A stretch of 32,000 nucleotides of DNA, taken from assembly GCF_017751145.1 (NCBI RefSeq), contig NZ_CP046640.1, positions 444,137 to 476,136 of the forward strand. Direction: 5' to 3'. The stretch comes from Iocasia fonsfrigidae. GTDB taxonomy: Bacteria > Bacillota > Halanaerobiia > Halanaerobiales > DTU029. Positions 1 through 10,029 of this stretch are shown here, one piece after another. The notes under the pieces were generated by a model. It ran no database searches and was not told where the DNA came from. It was given only the letters and a program-made list of their open reading frames with translations. Made by a program: the position numbers and the translations under genes. The stretch's first letter is position 1. Each line of letters begins with the position of its first letter.

Positions 1-84
1 ACAGGTTTAAGTGAAGAACCCTCACTTTATTTTCAGTTGATAAATGCTGAAGGGCCGATCGACCCCCGTGAATACATAAAATAA
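1..84 (+). CDS. C-terminal fragment of a probable M23-family (murein DD-endopeptidase-like) peptidase, truncated by the window edge
   Basis: The open frame from base 1 reads TGLSEEPSLYFQLINAEGPIDPREYIK*. This resembles the typical M23 C-terminal pattern LHFEVR..G.PVDPL.YL. Only 27 residues are visible. Confidence 0.4.
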   Translation, partial: TGLSEEPSLYFQLINAEGPIDPREYIK

Positions 85-263
85 GAAATTTTTAAAAAAT
101 ATTATCAGCTGTCGGCCTAGTTTATATTTAAGCGTCTTGCATAATTGATTGTTGCCGTCCAAAAACTTCTCTGTTTAAATAGGGAGTGCCCTAGGTGCTC
201 TGTTTTAATCGGCTGGTCAACAATTCAATTATGCAAAAGTTCTATTATGAAAGAGTCTTATTT

Positions 264-310
264 AAAAAAGTCCCACCTGTATATATCATATATACAGGTG
301 GGACTTTTTT
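264..310. terminator. Bidirectional intrinsic terminator between the left-edge gene and cstA
   Basis: AAAAAAGTCCCACCTGTATATAT (264-286) is perfectly complementary to ATATATACAGGTGGGACTTTTTT (288-310), with A-tract and T-tract ends. Confidence 0.9.
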
Positions 311-361
311 AAATAGCTGGCTTAAATAGTTAATATTACCCTACCTTTGTCATCCTTCATA

Positions 362-2041
362 TTAGGCACTAATATTGCTACTGAGTTCTTCTTTTCTGGT
401 CTTATTAAAGACATTACAGGATTCGACAACCATCCAGACTTCGAGTACAAAGAGGATGGCACCGATAGTTGTTAGTAAGGTATTACCCTGTCCATAGAAT
501 TGATTTATATTATAGAGCAGGGCCCAGGTTTCGATAATGACCATAAAAATAAAGGGCAGCATGGTAACATAGATAGGTTTCTGCTTTTTAAGTAGATAAA
601 CAGTCACAACCAGCAAGGCCAGGGCAGCCAGCATTTGATTGGCAGCACCAAATAGTGGCCAAAGAATCATACCCCCTGCACCACCATTAATACTGGCCAA
701 TAGGAAAGCAGCTATTACAGCGACGAGTGTTGCGCCATGTTTGCTAGCCAGTGGTTTAATTTTGAAATCGCTGGCCAGTTCAGATATTACATAACGCTGG
801 ATACGTGTGGCACTATCAAGAGTTGTGGCAGCAAAACTTACTACTAGTACAGAGAGAATAGCCGTACCTATGGTATGGGTAAGACCAAGACTTGTCAGGA
901 AGGAAGAACCCCCTTCTACAAAGGCACTAACCTTGGCAGCCAATCCATTAGCAGCACTCCAGCTGGCATAGTGAGAGGTCCAGGCCTCTAAAGAGGCAAA
1001 TCCGGCAATACAAACCAGGATAGTTATAGTAGCTAAAATTCCCTCAGCCAGCATACCACCATAACCAATAAAGCGGGCATCTTTTTCACTTTCCAATTGT
1101 TTAACTGTTGTACCAGAGGAAACAGTGGAGTGGAAACCAGAGATAGCCCCACAGGCAATAGTAATAAACAAGAAGGGTATAATAGGTGGTGCTCCAGCCG
1201 CATTGTGGTTAAAGGCTGGTGCTACAATCTCTGGTCTGGCAATAAATAAACCAGCAATAATCAAAATAAGCCCGACCATTAATTCATGGGAGTTAATAAA
1301 ATCTCTTGCTTGTAAAAGTGTCCAGACAGGTAATACAGAAGCAATATAGGCATAAATCATTAAGATAATAACCCAGACCATTCTGGGTGATAGGCCTAGT
1401 ATGGCAGGCATTTTAAAAGGCAGATAAATACCTATCCAGATAGTTACATACATAAGTGCCAGGGCAATTAGTGAAGGTATTAGTACATTTTTGCCTTTCT
1501 TATAAACCAGAAAGCCCAGGGTTATAGCTATTGGAATTTCCATCCAGACCGGAAAAACACTCTGTGGATATGTTTCAAACAAGATAGCAATAATTAAAGC
1601 AAAAACGGCAATTAGGATTAGTAGTGTAAAAAATATAAATAATAAGAAGAGAGTACGCACCCTGTTATTAACAATATTACCACTGATTTCACCGATGCTT
1701 TTACCTTCATTTCGGGCAGAGATCATTAAGGAACTAAAGTCATGGACAGCACCCAGAAAGATTGAACCGAAAATTACCCACAATATAGCTGGAACCCAGC
1801 CCCAGATCACGGCAATAGCAGGACCGACTATTGGAGCAGCGCCAGCAATAGATGTGAAATGATGACCAAATAGGATAGGGCTGCTTGTTGGGACATAATC
1901 AACACCATCTTTATATTGATGGGATGGTGTTTCATTAGCTGGATTCACTTCAAATATCCTGGTACTGATATACTTCCCATAGAAATTATAGGCAATAATA
2001 AAACCAACAAAGGTACCTAAAGCAATTAAAATCGAACCCAT
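362..2041 (-). CDS. cstA: Carbon starvation protein A (CstA) family transporter
   Basis: 559 aa multi-TM protein with CstA-like features: FGHHFTSIAGAAPIVGPAIAVIWGW, HDFSSLMISARNEGKSIGEI, AISGFHSTVSSGTTVKQL and TLDSATRIQRYV. Confidence 0.93.
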   Translation of the reverse strand: MGSILIALGTFVGFIIAYNFYGKYISTRIFEVNPANETPSHQYKDGVDYVPTSSPILFGHHFTSIAGAAPIVGPAIAVIWGWVPAILWVIFGSIFLGAVHDFSSLMISARNEGKSIGEISGNIVNNRVRTLFLLFIFFTLLILIAVFALIIAILFETYPQSVFPVWMEIPIAITLGFLVYKKGKNVLIPSLIALALMYVTIWIGIYLPFKMPAILGLSPRMVWVIILMIYAYIASVLPVWTLLQARDFINSHELMVGLILIIAGLFIARPEIVAPAFNHNAAGAPPIIPFLFITIACGAISGFHSTVSSGTTVKQLESEKDARFIGYGGMLAEGILATITILVCIAGFASLEAWTSHYASWSAANGLAAKVSAFVEGGSSFLTSLGLTHTIGTAILSVLVVSFAATTLDSATRIQRYVISELASDFKIKPLASKHGATLVAVIAAFLLASINGGAGGMILWPLFGAANQMLAALALLVVTVYLLKKQKPIYVTMLPFIFMVIIETWALLYNINQFYGQGNTLLTTIGAILFVLEVWMVVESCNVFNKTRKEELSSNISA

Positions 2042-2306
2042 AAAATTAAATCCTCCTTAATTTGTTTTGTTTATGGCAGCCAGCTTCTTTGAACAATCCT
2101 CCTTTCAGACCTTAAGTAACTACCATAATATAACTTAATCCCCATTATAAGGTTCTGCATCAAACAATAAACTCCTGCTAAAAAATAGATATTACTGTAA
2201 AAAATAGATATAAATTTACTGATTAAAGATGCCTTTGGTATATTTCACCTTAACCCCTGCATATAAATTAATTAGTATTGGGTATTTGATCTGGGGGGAA
2301 TTAAGA

Positions 2307-2564
2307 TTGAAGGATTATATTAGAGAAAGGGTAATAGAGGTGGCAAACTATATTTATGAAACACGGGCCACTGTCCGGCAGACAGCAAAAATCTATGGTG
2401 TTAGCAAGAGTACAATTCATAAAGATGTTACCGAGCGCTTAACACGTATTGATGCTGAGCTTGCTTCCCGGGTGAAAAAAGTTCTTGAGTTTAATAAAGC
2501 AGAACGTCATATCAGGGGTGGTGAAGCAACTAAAAGGAAATATAAGAATTTGAAGAATAATTAG
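2307..2564 (+). CDS. spoIIID: Sporulation transcriptional regulator SpoIIID
   Basis: LKDYIRERVIEVANYIYETRATVRQTAKIYGVSKSTIHKDVTERLTRIDAELASRVKKVLEFNKAERHIRGGEATKRKY is characteristic of SpoIIID. A TTG start at 2307 preceded by GGGGGG is more plausible than the upstream 2229 start. It lies upstream of an mreB-like gene, as in Bacillus spoIIID-mbl. Confidence 0.93.
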   Translation: MKDYIRERVIEVANYIYETRATVRQTAKIYGVSKSTIHKDVTERLTRIDAELASRVKKVLEFNKAERHIRGGEATKRKYKNLKNN

Positions 2565-2640
2565 GTAAAATGTCGCATATTCTTTATCATTATGATGCAG
2601 GAGAAAAATGATAAACCTAGAATATAATATTTAGAGTGTG

Positions 2641-2752
2641 TGTTCGAAAAGGCATGAATAGGGGATTATATATCCCTGAACGAAGTTAAGGTGTTACCGT
2701 TGAGTGAAGGGATATATAATCCCCGGCGGTATATACTGATACTTTTCGAACA
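2641..2752. repeat. Nested palindromic intergenic element
   Basis: Outer arms TGTTCGAAAAG (2641-2651) and CTTTTCGAACA (2742-2752) are perfect. Inner arms GGGGATTATATATCCCT (2661-2677) and AGGGATATATAATCCCC (2708-2724) are perfect over 17 bp. Confidence 0.8.
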
Positions 2753-2790
2753 GGCTCTTAGAGTTATGCAAATGAGGGGAGTTGGATAAG

Positions 2791-3819
2791 ATGCTAGGGC
2801 TTTCCAAAAAAATAGGGATAGATCTAGGTACAGCGAATATTTTAGTATATGAAAAAGGAAAGGGTATTGTCGTACAAGAACCATCGGTTGTAGCGATGGA
2901 TACTGAAACCAATAAAGTCGTTGCTGTGGGGACAGAAGCCAGGAGGATGCTCGGGAGGACACCAGGGAATATTGTGGCTATAAGGCCTTTAAAGGATGGG
3001 GTTATAGCTGATTTTGATGTTACAGAATTAATGTTAAAACACTTCATTACTGCTGCCGTAAAGAGGCGCAGACTCTTTAAACCAATTGTGATGGTTTGTA
3101 TACCAGTTGGTATTACAGGTGTTGAAAAAAGGGCTGTTATTGAATCAGCTATGCAGGTAGGGGCCAGAAAGACCTTTTTAATCGAAGAACCGCTGGCAGC
3201 AGCCATTGGTGCTGGCCTGCCGATTGAAGAACCACGGGGTAGTATGGTCATAGATATTGGTGGTGGCACATCAGAGATAGCAGTTATTTCCCTGGGAGGA
3301 ATAGTTGTCAGTGAGTCCCTGAGAATTGGCGGTGACCGCTTTGATGAGGCTGTTATCCGTTATATTAGGGATAAGTATAACCTTATTATTGGGGATAAGA
3401 CTGCTGAAGAGATTAAAACAACGATCGGGTCAGCCTTTGTAGAAGAAAGCAGGGAATTTGAAGTAAGAGGCAGGAGTGTCCTTACTGGTCTTCCTAAAAA
3501 TTTGAATATTACGTCAGAGGAGACTGTAGAGGCTTTTCAAGAGCCAATAAATGCTATTATAGCAGCTGTAACCCGTGTTCTGGAACAGACTCCACCTGAA
3601 TTATCATCAGATATTATGGACAGGGGAATTATTATGACAGGTGGAGGCTCTTTATTGAATAATTTGACCAAATTAATTAGTCAGAAAACTGAGATTCCTG
3701 TATTTTTAGCTGATGACCCTTTGACTTGTGTTGCAGAGGGTACTGGACATGCCCTGGAAGAAATAGATAATTTAGCAGATGCACTGACATCCAATGATGG
3801 AGTTGGATATAGGCGGTAA
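2791..3819 (+). CDS. mbl: MreB/Mbl family rod-shape-determining actin homologue
   Basis: [77 protein letters not shown] and [11 protein letters not shown] are MreB/Mbl signatures. The start could be 2782 or 2791; adjacency to spoIIID favours Mbl. Confidence 0.93.
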   Translation: MLGLSKKIGIDLGTANILVYEKGKGIVVQEPSVVAMDTETNKVVAVGTEARRMLGRTPGNIVAIRPLKDGVIADFDVTELMLKHFITAAVKRRRLFKPIVMVCIPVGITGVEKRAVIESAMQVGARKTFLIEEPLAAAIGAGLPIEEPRGSMVIDIGGGTSEIAVISLGGIVVSESLRIGGDRFDEAVIRYIRDKYNLIIGDKTAEEIKTTIGSAFVEESREFEVRGRSVLTGLPKNLNITSEETVEAFQEPINAIIAAVTRVLEQTPPELSSDIMDRGIIMTGGGSLLNNLTKLISQKTEIPVFLADDPLTCVAEGTGHALEEIDNLADALTSNDGVGYRR

Positions 3820-3855
3820 AAAATTAGCAAAAGTAATTAGAAGGGATTTGATGTT

Positions 3856-5601
3856 TTGCGTTTTAAAATAAAACACTTTATGTTTGTATTATTGATTATG
3901 ATACTTATTAGTGGTTTTTCTGTTGCTGAAGAGATTATGCCCCTTACAGAGATAGAAGCAGGTATGCAGGGTAAAGCAAAGACGGTTTTTTACGGTGATA
4001 AGGTAGAGGAATTTCCGGTTGAAATAATAGATATTATGCCTGATCAGGGATTAAACAGGGATTTGATATTGATCAGGGCAGGTGGTGAAAAGATAGATGA
4101 AATAGGTGGGATAGCCGCTGGAATGAGCGGTAGCCCTGTCTATATTGAAGGCAAATTGATAGGTGCTATTGGTTATGGATGGAGTTTTAGCGAGGGCAAT
4201 TATGCCCTGGTAACACCTATTGAAGACATGCTGACCTTAATAAATAGTGAAGATAATGAAGGTATAGAGAATAGTAATTTAGCTGAAAGAGGGTTATCAA
4301 CCCCATTATTAGTAAGTGGTTTAACAGGTAGGTCTTTTGATAGATTAAAAAAAGACCTGGAGAGCCTTGGTTTAGAGCTTACTCCCTATAATGTTTCTAC
4401 TGGAGGCCGGGCAGAGTTTAAGACTAAGCTTGAACCAGGTAGTGCTGTTGCTGTACAACTGGTCAGGGGTGATATCAATATCGGTTCTATTGGAACAGTA
4501 AGCTATCTTGATGAAAGTGGTAATATTCTTGCCTTTGGTCACCCTTTTTTCAATAAAGGTGAGGTAGATTATATGTTAAGTAGTGCCACTATTAGGGGTG
4601 TTATCCCCAGTATGCAGCAGCCTTTTAAATTAGGCTCTCCGAATAAAGAACTTTTGGGGTCAATTACAGTTGATAGAGGCGCTGGTATTGCTGGAAAGCT
4701 TAAGAAATACTCCCGGGTAATTCCCCTGAGAATACGGGTCTTTGATCAGGAACGGGAAGTTGAAAACAAGGTAAATGCCCAGCTAATACGTGATGAAGAC
4801 CTGATAACCTCTCTAGTTACCAATATTGGTCTGGAATCACTTGATGCTACTTTAGATAGGATTGGTGAAGGTACAGCCAGGACGAGGTTTAAGATCACAG
4901 CTAATGGTCTGCCTGCCCTGTCTATAGAAAGAGAGAATATGTATTACAGCAGGCGTGATATTGCCTCTCTGGCCCTGCTAGATCTTTATCAGGTAATGGA
5001 TATAATAACTGGTAATCCCTTTCAGGAGGTTAATTTGATAGATATACAATATGATGTAGAGGTAGACCATACTGCCCAGGTTGCCCTGGTTCAGGAGGCT
5101 AGAGTTATTAATCAGGAGATTAGGCCAGGTGATCAGGTAGAAGTTGAGGTTATTCTTCATCCCTACCGGGGAGAGGTTTTTACTAAAAATGTAAAGATTG
5201 AGATACCTGAGGATACCCAACCCGGTATGGCCAGTATGGTAATAGATGGCGGATTTACCGGACAGTCATATCAGCATCTCCCAGAGGATTCTACCCAGGA
5301 GGATGATCTTAATCAGGCAGTTGTACAGGGATATAAGGATTTTCCTTCTATTATCGAGGATTATCTGGAAAAACCAAAAAATAATGATTTAATCATACAG
5401 GTCTATCCAGGATATACACCTGATGATATTGAAGCTGAAGATGAGCATAAACAGGGTCATGAAGCTGGAGATCAAGAAGATGAAAGGAAAGAAAATAAAG
5501 AGGAGTCACCGGAGAATACAGCTGCCCCTGATCAAGAACCCAAAGAAGAGGAAGAAAGAATAGATAATAGGGAAATAGAAGAGACAGAAATAAAGGAATA
5601 G
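3856..5601 (+). CDS. Secreted SpoIVB-type S55-family peptidase domain protein with a highly acidic C-terminal tail
   Basis: N-terminal signal/TM segment, then MPLTEIEAGMQGKAKTVFYGDKVEEFPVEIIDI...LIRAGG...GGIAAGMSGSPVYIEGKLIGAIGYGW and ILAFGHPFFNKGEVDY, typical of S55 domains. The tail after about residue 505 is Asp/Glu-rich. Confidence 0.85.
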   Translation: MRFKIKHFMFVLLIMILISGFSVAEEIMPLTEIEAGMQGKAKTVFYGDKVEEFPVEIIDIMPDQGLNRDLILIRAGGEKIDEIGGIAAGMSGSPVYIEGKLIGAIGYGWSFSEGNYALVTPIEDMLTLINSEDNEGIENSNLAERGLSTPLLVSGLTGRSFDRLKKDLESLGLELTPYNVSTGGRAEFKTKLEPGSAVAVQLVRGDINIGSIGTVSYLDESGNILAFGHPFFNKGEVDYMLSSATIRGVIPSMQQPFKLGSPNKELLGSITVDRGAGIAGKLKKYSRVIPLRIRVFDQEREVENKVNAQLIRDEDLITSLVTNIGLESLDATLDRIGEGTARTRFKITANGLPALSIERENMYYSRRDIASLALLDLYQVMDIITGNPFQEVNLIDIQYDVEVDHTAQVALVQEARVINQEIRPGDQVEVEVILHPYRGEVFTKNVKIEIPEDTQPGMASMVIDGGFTGQSYQHLPEDSTQEDDLNQAVVQGYKDFPSIIEDYLEKPKNNDLIIQVYPGYTPDDIEAEDEHKQGHEAGDQEDERKENKEESPENTAAPDQEPKEEEERIDNREIEETEIKE

Positions 5602-5737
5602 TTGAAACAGATTATGTATTGGAAGGAAACCTATCTCTAGATATTAATATAAAGGATATAAATAGTAAAAACACCCCTGACATAACAGAGGAAAGAGTAG
5701 AAAAAGGAGAATAGGGCTTAGGAATTTGTGTAAAATA

Positions 5738-5764
5738 ACCCTGGGGATTATCCTCAGGGTTTTC
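5738..5764 (+). terminator. Probable intrinsic terminator
   Basis: ACCCTGGGGATTATCCTCAGGGTTTT forms a near-perfect hairpin (one G.U-type pair) followed by T residues, between the S55 and tamB-like genes. Confidence 0.75.
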
Positions 5765-5853
5765 CATTAACTACCTGTCTAAATAGTTGATTTAATAGCC
5801 TAAGTATAATATTATGTAATATGGAAAGTTAGCTATTGGGGGGACAGTAATTT

Positions 5854-8800
5854 ATGAAAACAAAATCAATAATCTATCTGTCCTTACTGATGTTTTTTAT
5901 CCTGACTGCTGTTTTTATTATGAAGGTTTCAACAGAGATAATAGATCTGAAAGAAGAAATCATTAATTATATAGATGAGGTTTACCAACTTAAGATTGAA
6001 GTAGGTAGTATTGATTTCTGGTCATTTACTGCTCTGTCTTTATATGATACAGAGGTTTTGCTTGATCATGATAATATAAGTTTTTCTTCCCCGGAGGTAA
6101 AACTATATTATAATCCCCTGGAATTAATTTTCAGCCAGAAAAAGATTATTGATGGTATTAAACAGATTAAATTTATCAATCCTGTTCTTAATGTCAAAAA
6201 TCAAGCTACAGGGGATGCTGGTACAGTTGATCAGGTAATTAAGGATTATCTTCCTTCAGGGAAAAAGCCAGTACAGTTAATTGTTCAGGATGGTACTGTC
6301 CAGTATTCAGGTGAGGGACAGGAAATAAGGCTGGAAAAACTGGATCTGGCACTGCTTATTGATGAAGAGGGCTGGCAGGGTGACCTTAAAACAGGTTTTC
6401 TTGATTTAGCGAAATTAAGTAGTCCTCTGGAGAAAATCTTTAGTGAACAACAGGGGTCTATACAGAATTTAACAGGTCAGGGAAGTCTTGAGCTGATTTT
6501 TCAGGGTAAGGGGGTTGCTGTTCGGGATTATTCCGGCCGGCTGCTTCTTGATGGGGTTGAAGGGCTTATCTCCTGTACTGATTACCTGGATGATGAGGTG
6601 TTTAATGATTTAAGTGGAGAGATTCTATTTGATTCAGCCAGTCAGCAGCTGCAGTTAAACGGCCTCTATCTAAATTTTTTTAAAACAGCAGTACAGCTTA
6701 GCGGTAGTCTAGATTTTAGCAGAGATACCCCTGAGATATTTGCCAGGGTATATTCAAGTGATTTTAATCCTGAGAGAATAGATATCTTAAAGGAGTATCT
6801 ACCTATCAGTGGTACCGGGATGGTCGAATTATTAATAGCTGGTGATCTGTCATCACCTGAACTACAACTGGATTACTCCCTATCTGATGGTGAGCTATTT
6901 AATAGAGAACAGCCGTGGAAACAGGAGATTGCTGGTTTAGATACTGTAATGCGTTATCATGATGGTTTCTTATATCTGGACTATTTCAATCTTAATATAA
7001 ACCAGGAGAGCTATTTTTCTGCCTCTGGTCTAATTAAACAGGATAAACTGGAGTATAGTATTGACCTGCAGGGTAAAAATATTGACCTGGGTTTAGTGGA
7101 AGAATATCTGCCTGACTATAAGCTGCCAACTGCTACAGGGAAAATAGATATTAACAGCAGTATAAGTGGTCAGGGATTAGACCTTGATAGATTAAATCTT
7201 CTGGGGGATTTTAGGATTAATAATTCAGCTGTGAAAGACTATAGACTTGACCTGATTGAAGGTCAGTTCTGGTTATCCCAGAAGGCTTTGCTTATCCAGC
7301 AGGGGTTAGTAAAGACCCCTTATGGTAATATGAACTTCTCAGGGGAATTAAATTTACTTAATAAGAAACTGGCTTTTTCCTATGAGAACAGTCAACTGGA
7401 TTTATCTCTGTTAACCCCACTTTTAGATGACAAACTCTCTCTAAAAGGTCTGGCCAGTATCAAGGGTAGAGTAGATGGTTATCTAGATAAACCTGAGATG
7501 ACAGCCCGAATTTCTATAGATAATGGTATGCTGGATAAATACCAATTCAGCAATCTAAATTTCAGGGCAGAATATATTGAAGACAAGCTGTCAGTACCTG
7601 CTTTAAGCTGTGAATATCAGGGGGCGGCAGTAGAGGCCAGTGGTAACTTAATGCCTTCACTACAGGCCAGTATTATGATTGAGGATTTACCTTATCATGA
7701 TTTAGCTAAAATAAGTGGTATGTCAATACCACTGGAGGGCTTATTTGATTTATCATTGGGTATCAGCGGCAGTTTTACTTCACCCGAAATTAAAGGGGAG
7801 GTTTTTTCACAGGAGACATCTTTAGTATACCAGAATTTCTCATATTCACTTGATAGGCTAAGTGCTTTGTTTAGCTGGGGGGATAATACTCTGCTGCTTG
7901 AAGATCTTGACCTTCACAGAGACAGAACCCATCTGACAGCTGAAGGAGAGATTATAGAAGAGGAAATAAACCTTGATTTTATTTTGAATGAACTTGACTT
8001 TGAAGAGTATTTACCTGAGATGGCTTTAAAGGGAGATGCCAGCATTAAAGGAACTATGACAGGAAAACTAAGCAATCCGGAATTAAATGGACTAATAGTT
8101 GCTGATAGTATTATATATAATAATTATATGATTGATGGTCTGGTTGGTGAATTATCTTATAGTGATGATAAAATAATAATAACGAACTCTTATCTGCGCT
8201 GTGGTTCTGATGATTATAATATACACGGTAAGCTGACTAATCTAAGTAAGGATATAAAGCTAGACCTTATACTGGAGACAGAAAGAGGGAAGATTAAGGA
8301 CCTGCTAAACAGATATTATACCGGACTTCCTATTCCAGAAGACTATTATTTCAGTGGTAGTGTGGTAGTAGGTGGTTCAATTACTACCCCTGAGGCAGAG
8401 GTAGACCTCTCCTTTTTTGGGGCAGAGGAATCCCAGGGTACTGTTACTATGATCGGAGATATTAAAGATGGTTTTAATCTTAAATTAAAGGGGCAGGGGG
8501 TTGAGATAGAGCAGATACCAGCTATTATCGATAGGGATATTAACCTTAAGGGCAAACTGGACTTCCAGGGTGAAATCACCGGTAATTTTGATTCCTATCA
8601 ATTGAAACTGGCTACCTTTCTCCTGGATGCTAGTATAGGTAATAGTACTATCGAGAGTATTAAAGGTAATTTAAGCTTTACTCAGACAGGTCTTCTGTAT
8701 CTGGAGCAGGTTCTGACTGATTCAGCAGATAGGACGTTAACCTTTAGTGGGTACATACCTGTTAAAAAAACTGCTGGTGAATATGACCTCAAGGCAGATT

Positions 8801-10017
8801 TTCAGGGTTTTCCACTCCGGGTAGTGGGGGATTACTTTCCTTCCTTGCCCAGGATAAGGGGATTTGTCAATGGTAATATATCACTCAGTGGGCTAATTGA
8901 TGACCCGCAATTTAACGGTAGATTAGCCCTGGAGGGTGTTGGTTTTAATAGTGACTATCTAAAGATTTCCGGGCTACATGGTGAAGTGTTATTCTCAGGA
9001 GAGACTATTTCTATTCCTCGTTTAAAAGGTAAGTCTGGTAAGGGGGACATTATCATAGAGGGTAAGATCAGGCCCTTTAGCAGAGATGACAATTACCACC
9101 TCAGTATATATGGAGATGATATTCCCCTTGATTATGGTTCATTTGATGGAGAGATTGACCCCAGGCTTAAGATTATTGGTTCTTTTAGCAGACCATTTAT
9201 TCAGGGTGATATCATTACACATGATCTGGAGATAGGCATTCCAATCAAATGGCCGTCAGGAGATGCTAAGGGGGAAATTTATCTAGACCTCACCCTTTAT
9301 CCAGATGAAGATGTTTATTTAAGAAACAAGTATTTTGATATACTGATACAGAGTGGTAGTTTTCGCCTCCTAAATATTAATGGAAACCTTCAGTTTGAGG
9401 GGGAGCTTAGTAGTGAACAGGGGACCTTAAGCTATTACAACAATAAATTTTTTCTGGAAGAGGCTACTGCAGAGTTTAATAGGTATGAAGAATTACTCCC
9501 GAATTTAGATGTCAAGGCCTGGACCAGGATTGATGGTAACAGGATAGAGGTACAATTTAAAGGACTGCCTGGTCAGATGATAACTACCTTTACATCAGAG
9601 CCTACCCTGAGTGAAGAGGAAATAATGTCTTTACTAACCAGGTCTGGAGGCATTGGGGAGTTTGTGGCAGGTAATCTCAGTGGGGTTTTTAGTCAGGAGA
9701 TTTATCGCTATATACGAGACTATATTCAATTAGATATCTTAAAAGAGATAGAATTTGGGGTTAAGGAGGCCTTTAGTCTTGATGAATTTGAGATTGACAC
9801 CTATAATCTGGGGTTTGCTCAGGAGATGACTCTTTATCTAGGAGAATATTTTGGGGATGATATTTATTTACAGTATTCAACAACCCTGGGACCTGGTGGT
9901 AAGAGGGATAATCAGTTTTCATTAAAGTATTATCTAGATGACAATTTTATTATTAAGGGAGACCTATTTGAGGATAATGCTTATTCCATTGGTTTTGAGA
10001 CCGGATTTAACTTTTAA
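5854..10017 (+). CDS. tamB: TamB/AsmA-like translocation and assembly module protein (DUF490 C-terminus)
   Basis: 1387 aa with an N-terminal TM anchor, a long repetitive beta-rich body and a TamB-like C-terminus (KYFDILIQSGSFRLLNINGNLQFEGELSSEQGTLSYYNNKFFLEEATAEFNRYEELLPNLDVKAWTRIDGNRIEVQFKG...). It lies upstream of bamA. Confidence 0.88.
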   Translation: MKTKSIIYLSLLMFFILTAVFIMKVSTEIIDLKEEIINYIDEVYQLKIEVGSIDFWSFTALSLYDTEVLLDHDNISFSSPEVKLYYNPLELIFSQKKIIDGIKQIKFINPVLNVKNQATGDAGTVDQVIKDYLPSGKKPVQLIVQDGTVQYSGEGQEIRLEKLDLALLIDEEGWQGDLKTGFLDLAKLSSPLEKIFSEQQGSIQNLTGQGSLELIFQGKGVAVRDYSGRLLLDGVEGLISCTDYLDDEVFNDLSGEILFDSASQQLQLNGLYLNFFKTAVQLSGSLDFSRDTPEIFARVYSSDFNPERIDILKEYLPISGTGMVELLIAGDLSSPELQLDYSLSDGELFNREQPWKQEIAGLDTVMRYHDGFLYLDYFNLNINQESYFSASGLIKQDKLEYSIDLQGKNIDLGLVEEYLPDYKLPTATGKIDINSSISGQGLDLDRLNLLGDFRINNSAVKDYRLDLIEGQFWLSQKALLIQQGLVKTPYGNMNFSGELNLLNKKLAFSYENSQLDLSLLTPLLDDKLSLKGLASIKGRVDGYLDKPEMTARISIDNGMLDKYQFSNLNFRAEYIEDKLSVPALSCEYQGAAVEASGNLMPSLQASIMIEDLPYHDLAKISGMSIPLEGLFDLSLGISGSFTSPEIKGEVFSQETSLVYQNFSYSLDRLSALFSWGDNTLLLEDLDLHRDRTHLTAEGEIIEEEINLDFILNELDFEEYLPEMALKGDASIKGTMTGKLSNPELNGLIVADSIIYNNYMIDGLVGELSYSDDKIIITNSYLRCGSDDYNIHGKLTNLSKDIKLDLILETERGKIKDLLNRYYTGLPIPEDYYFSGSVVVGGSITTPEAEVDLSFFGAEESQGTVTMIGDIKDGFNLKLKGQGVEIEQIPAIIDRDINLKGKLDFQGEITGNFDSYQLKLATFLLDASIGNSTIESIKGNLSFTQTGLLYLEQVLTDSADRTLTFSGYIPVKKTAGEYDLKADFQGFPLRVVGDYFPSLPRIRGFVNGNISLSGLIDDPQFNGRLALEGVGFNSDYLKISGLHGEVLFSGETISIPRLKGKSGKGDIIIEGKIRPFSRDDNYHLSIYGDDIPLDYGSFDGEIDPRLKIIGSFSRPFIQGDIITHDLEIGIPIKWPSGDAKGEIYLDLTLYPDEDVYLRNKYFDILIQSGSFRLLNINGNLQFEGELSSEQGTLSYYNNKFFLEEATAEFNRYEELLPNLDVKAWTRIDGNRIEVQFKGLPGQMITTFTSEPTLSEEEIMSLLTRSGGIGEFVAGNLSGVFSQEIYRYIRDYIQLDILKEIEFGVKEAFSLDEFEIDTYNLGFAQEMTLYLGEYFGDDIYLQYSTTLGPGGKRDNQFSLKYYLDDNFIIKGDLFEDNAYSIGFETGFNF

Positions 10018-10029
10018 AAGGAGATAGAG

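Noticed and set aside
1125-1349. Plus-strand ORF inside cstA
   Set aside because: Opposite strand of a highly conserved transporter and no independent support.
2180-2300. SigE-type promoter upstream of spoIIID
   Set aside because: CATATAAAT resembles a -10, but a convincing -35 at the right spacing was not found by eye.
2229-2306. N-terminal extension of SpoIIID in the supplied ORF
   Set aside because: The extension is not SpoIIID-like, and a strong RBS precedes the TTG at 2307.
2666-2962. Minus-strand ORF overlapping the palindromic element
   Set aside because: Overlaps the palindrome and the mbl 5' end, with no family features.
2694-3269. Minus-strand ORF of 191 aa overlapping mbl
   Set aside because: It lies opposite a clearly conserved MreB/Mbl gene, has low-complexity Ser/Thr/Pro composition and shows no recognisable domain. 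Antisense artefact.
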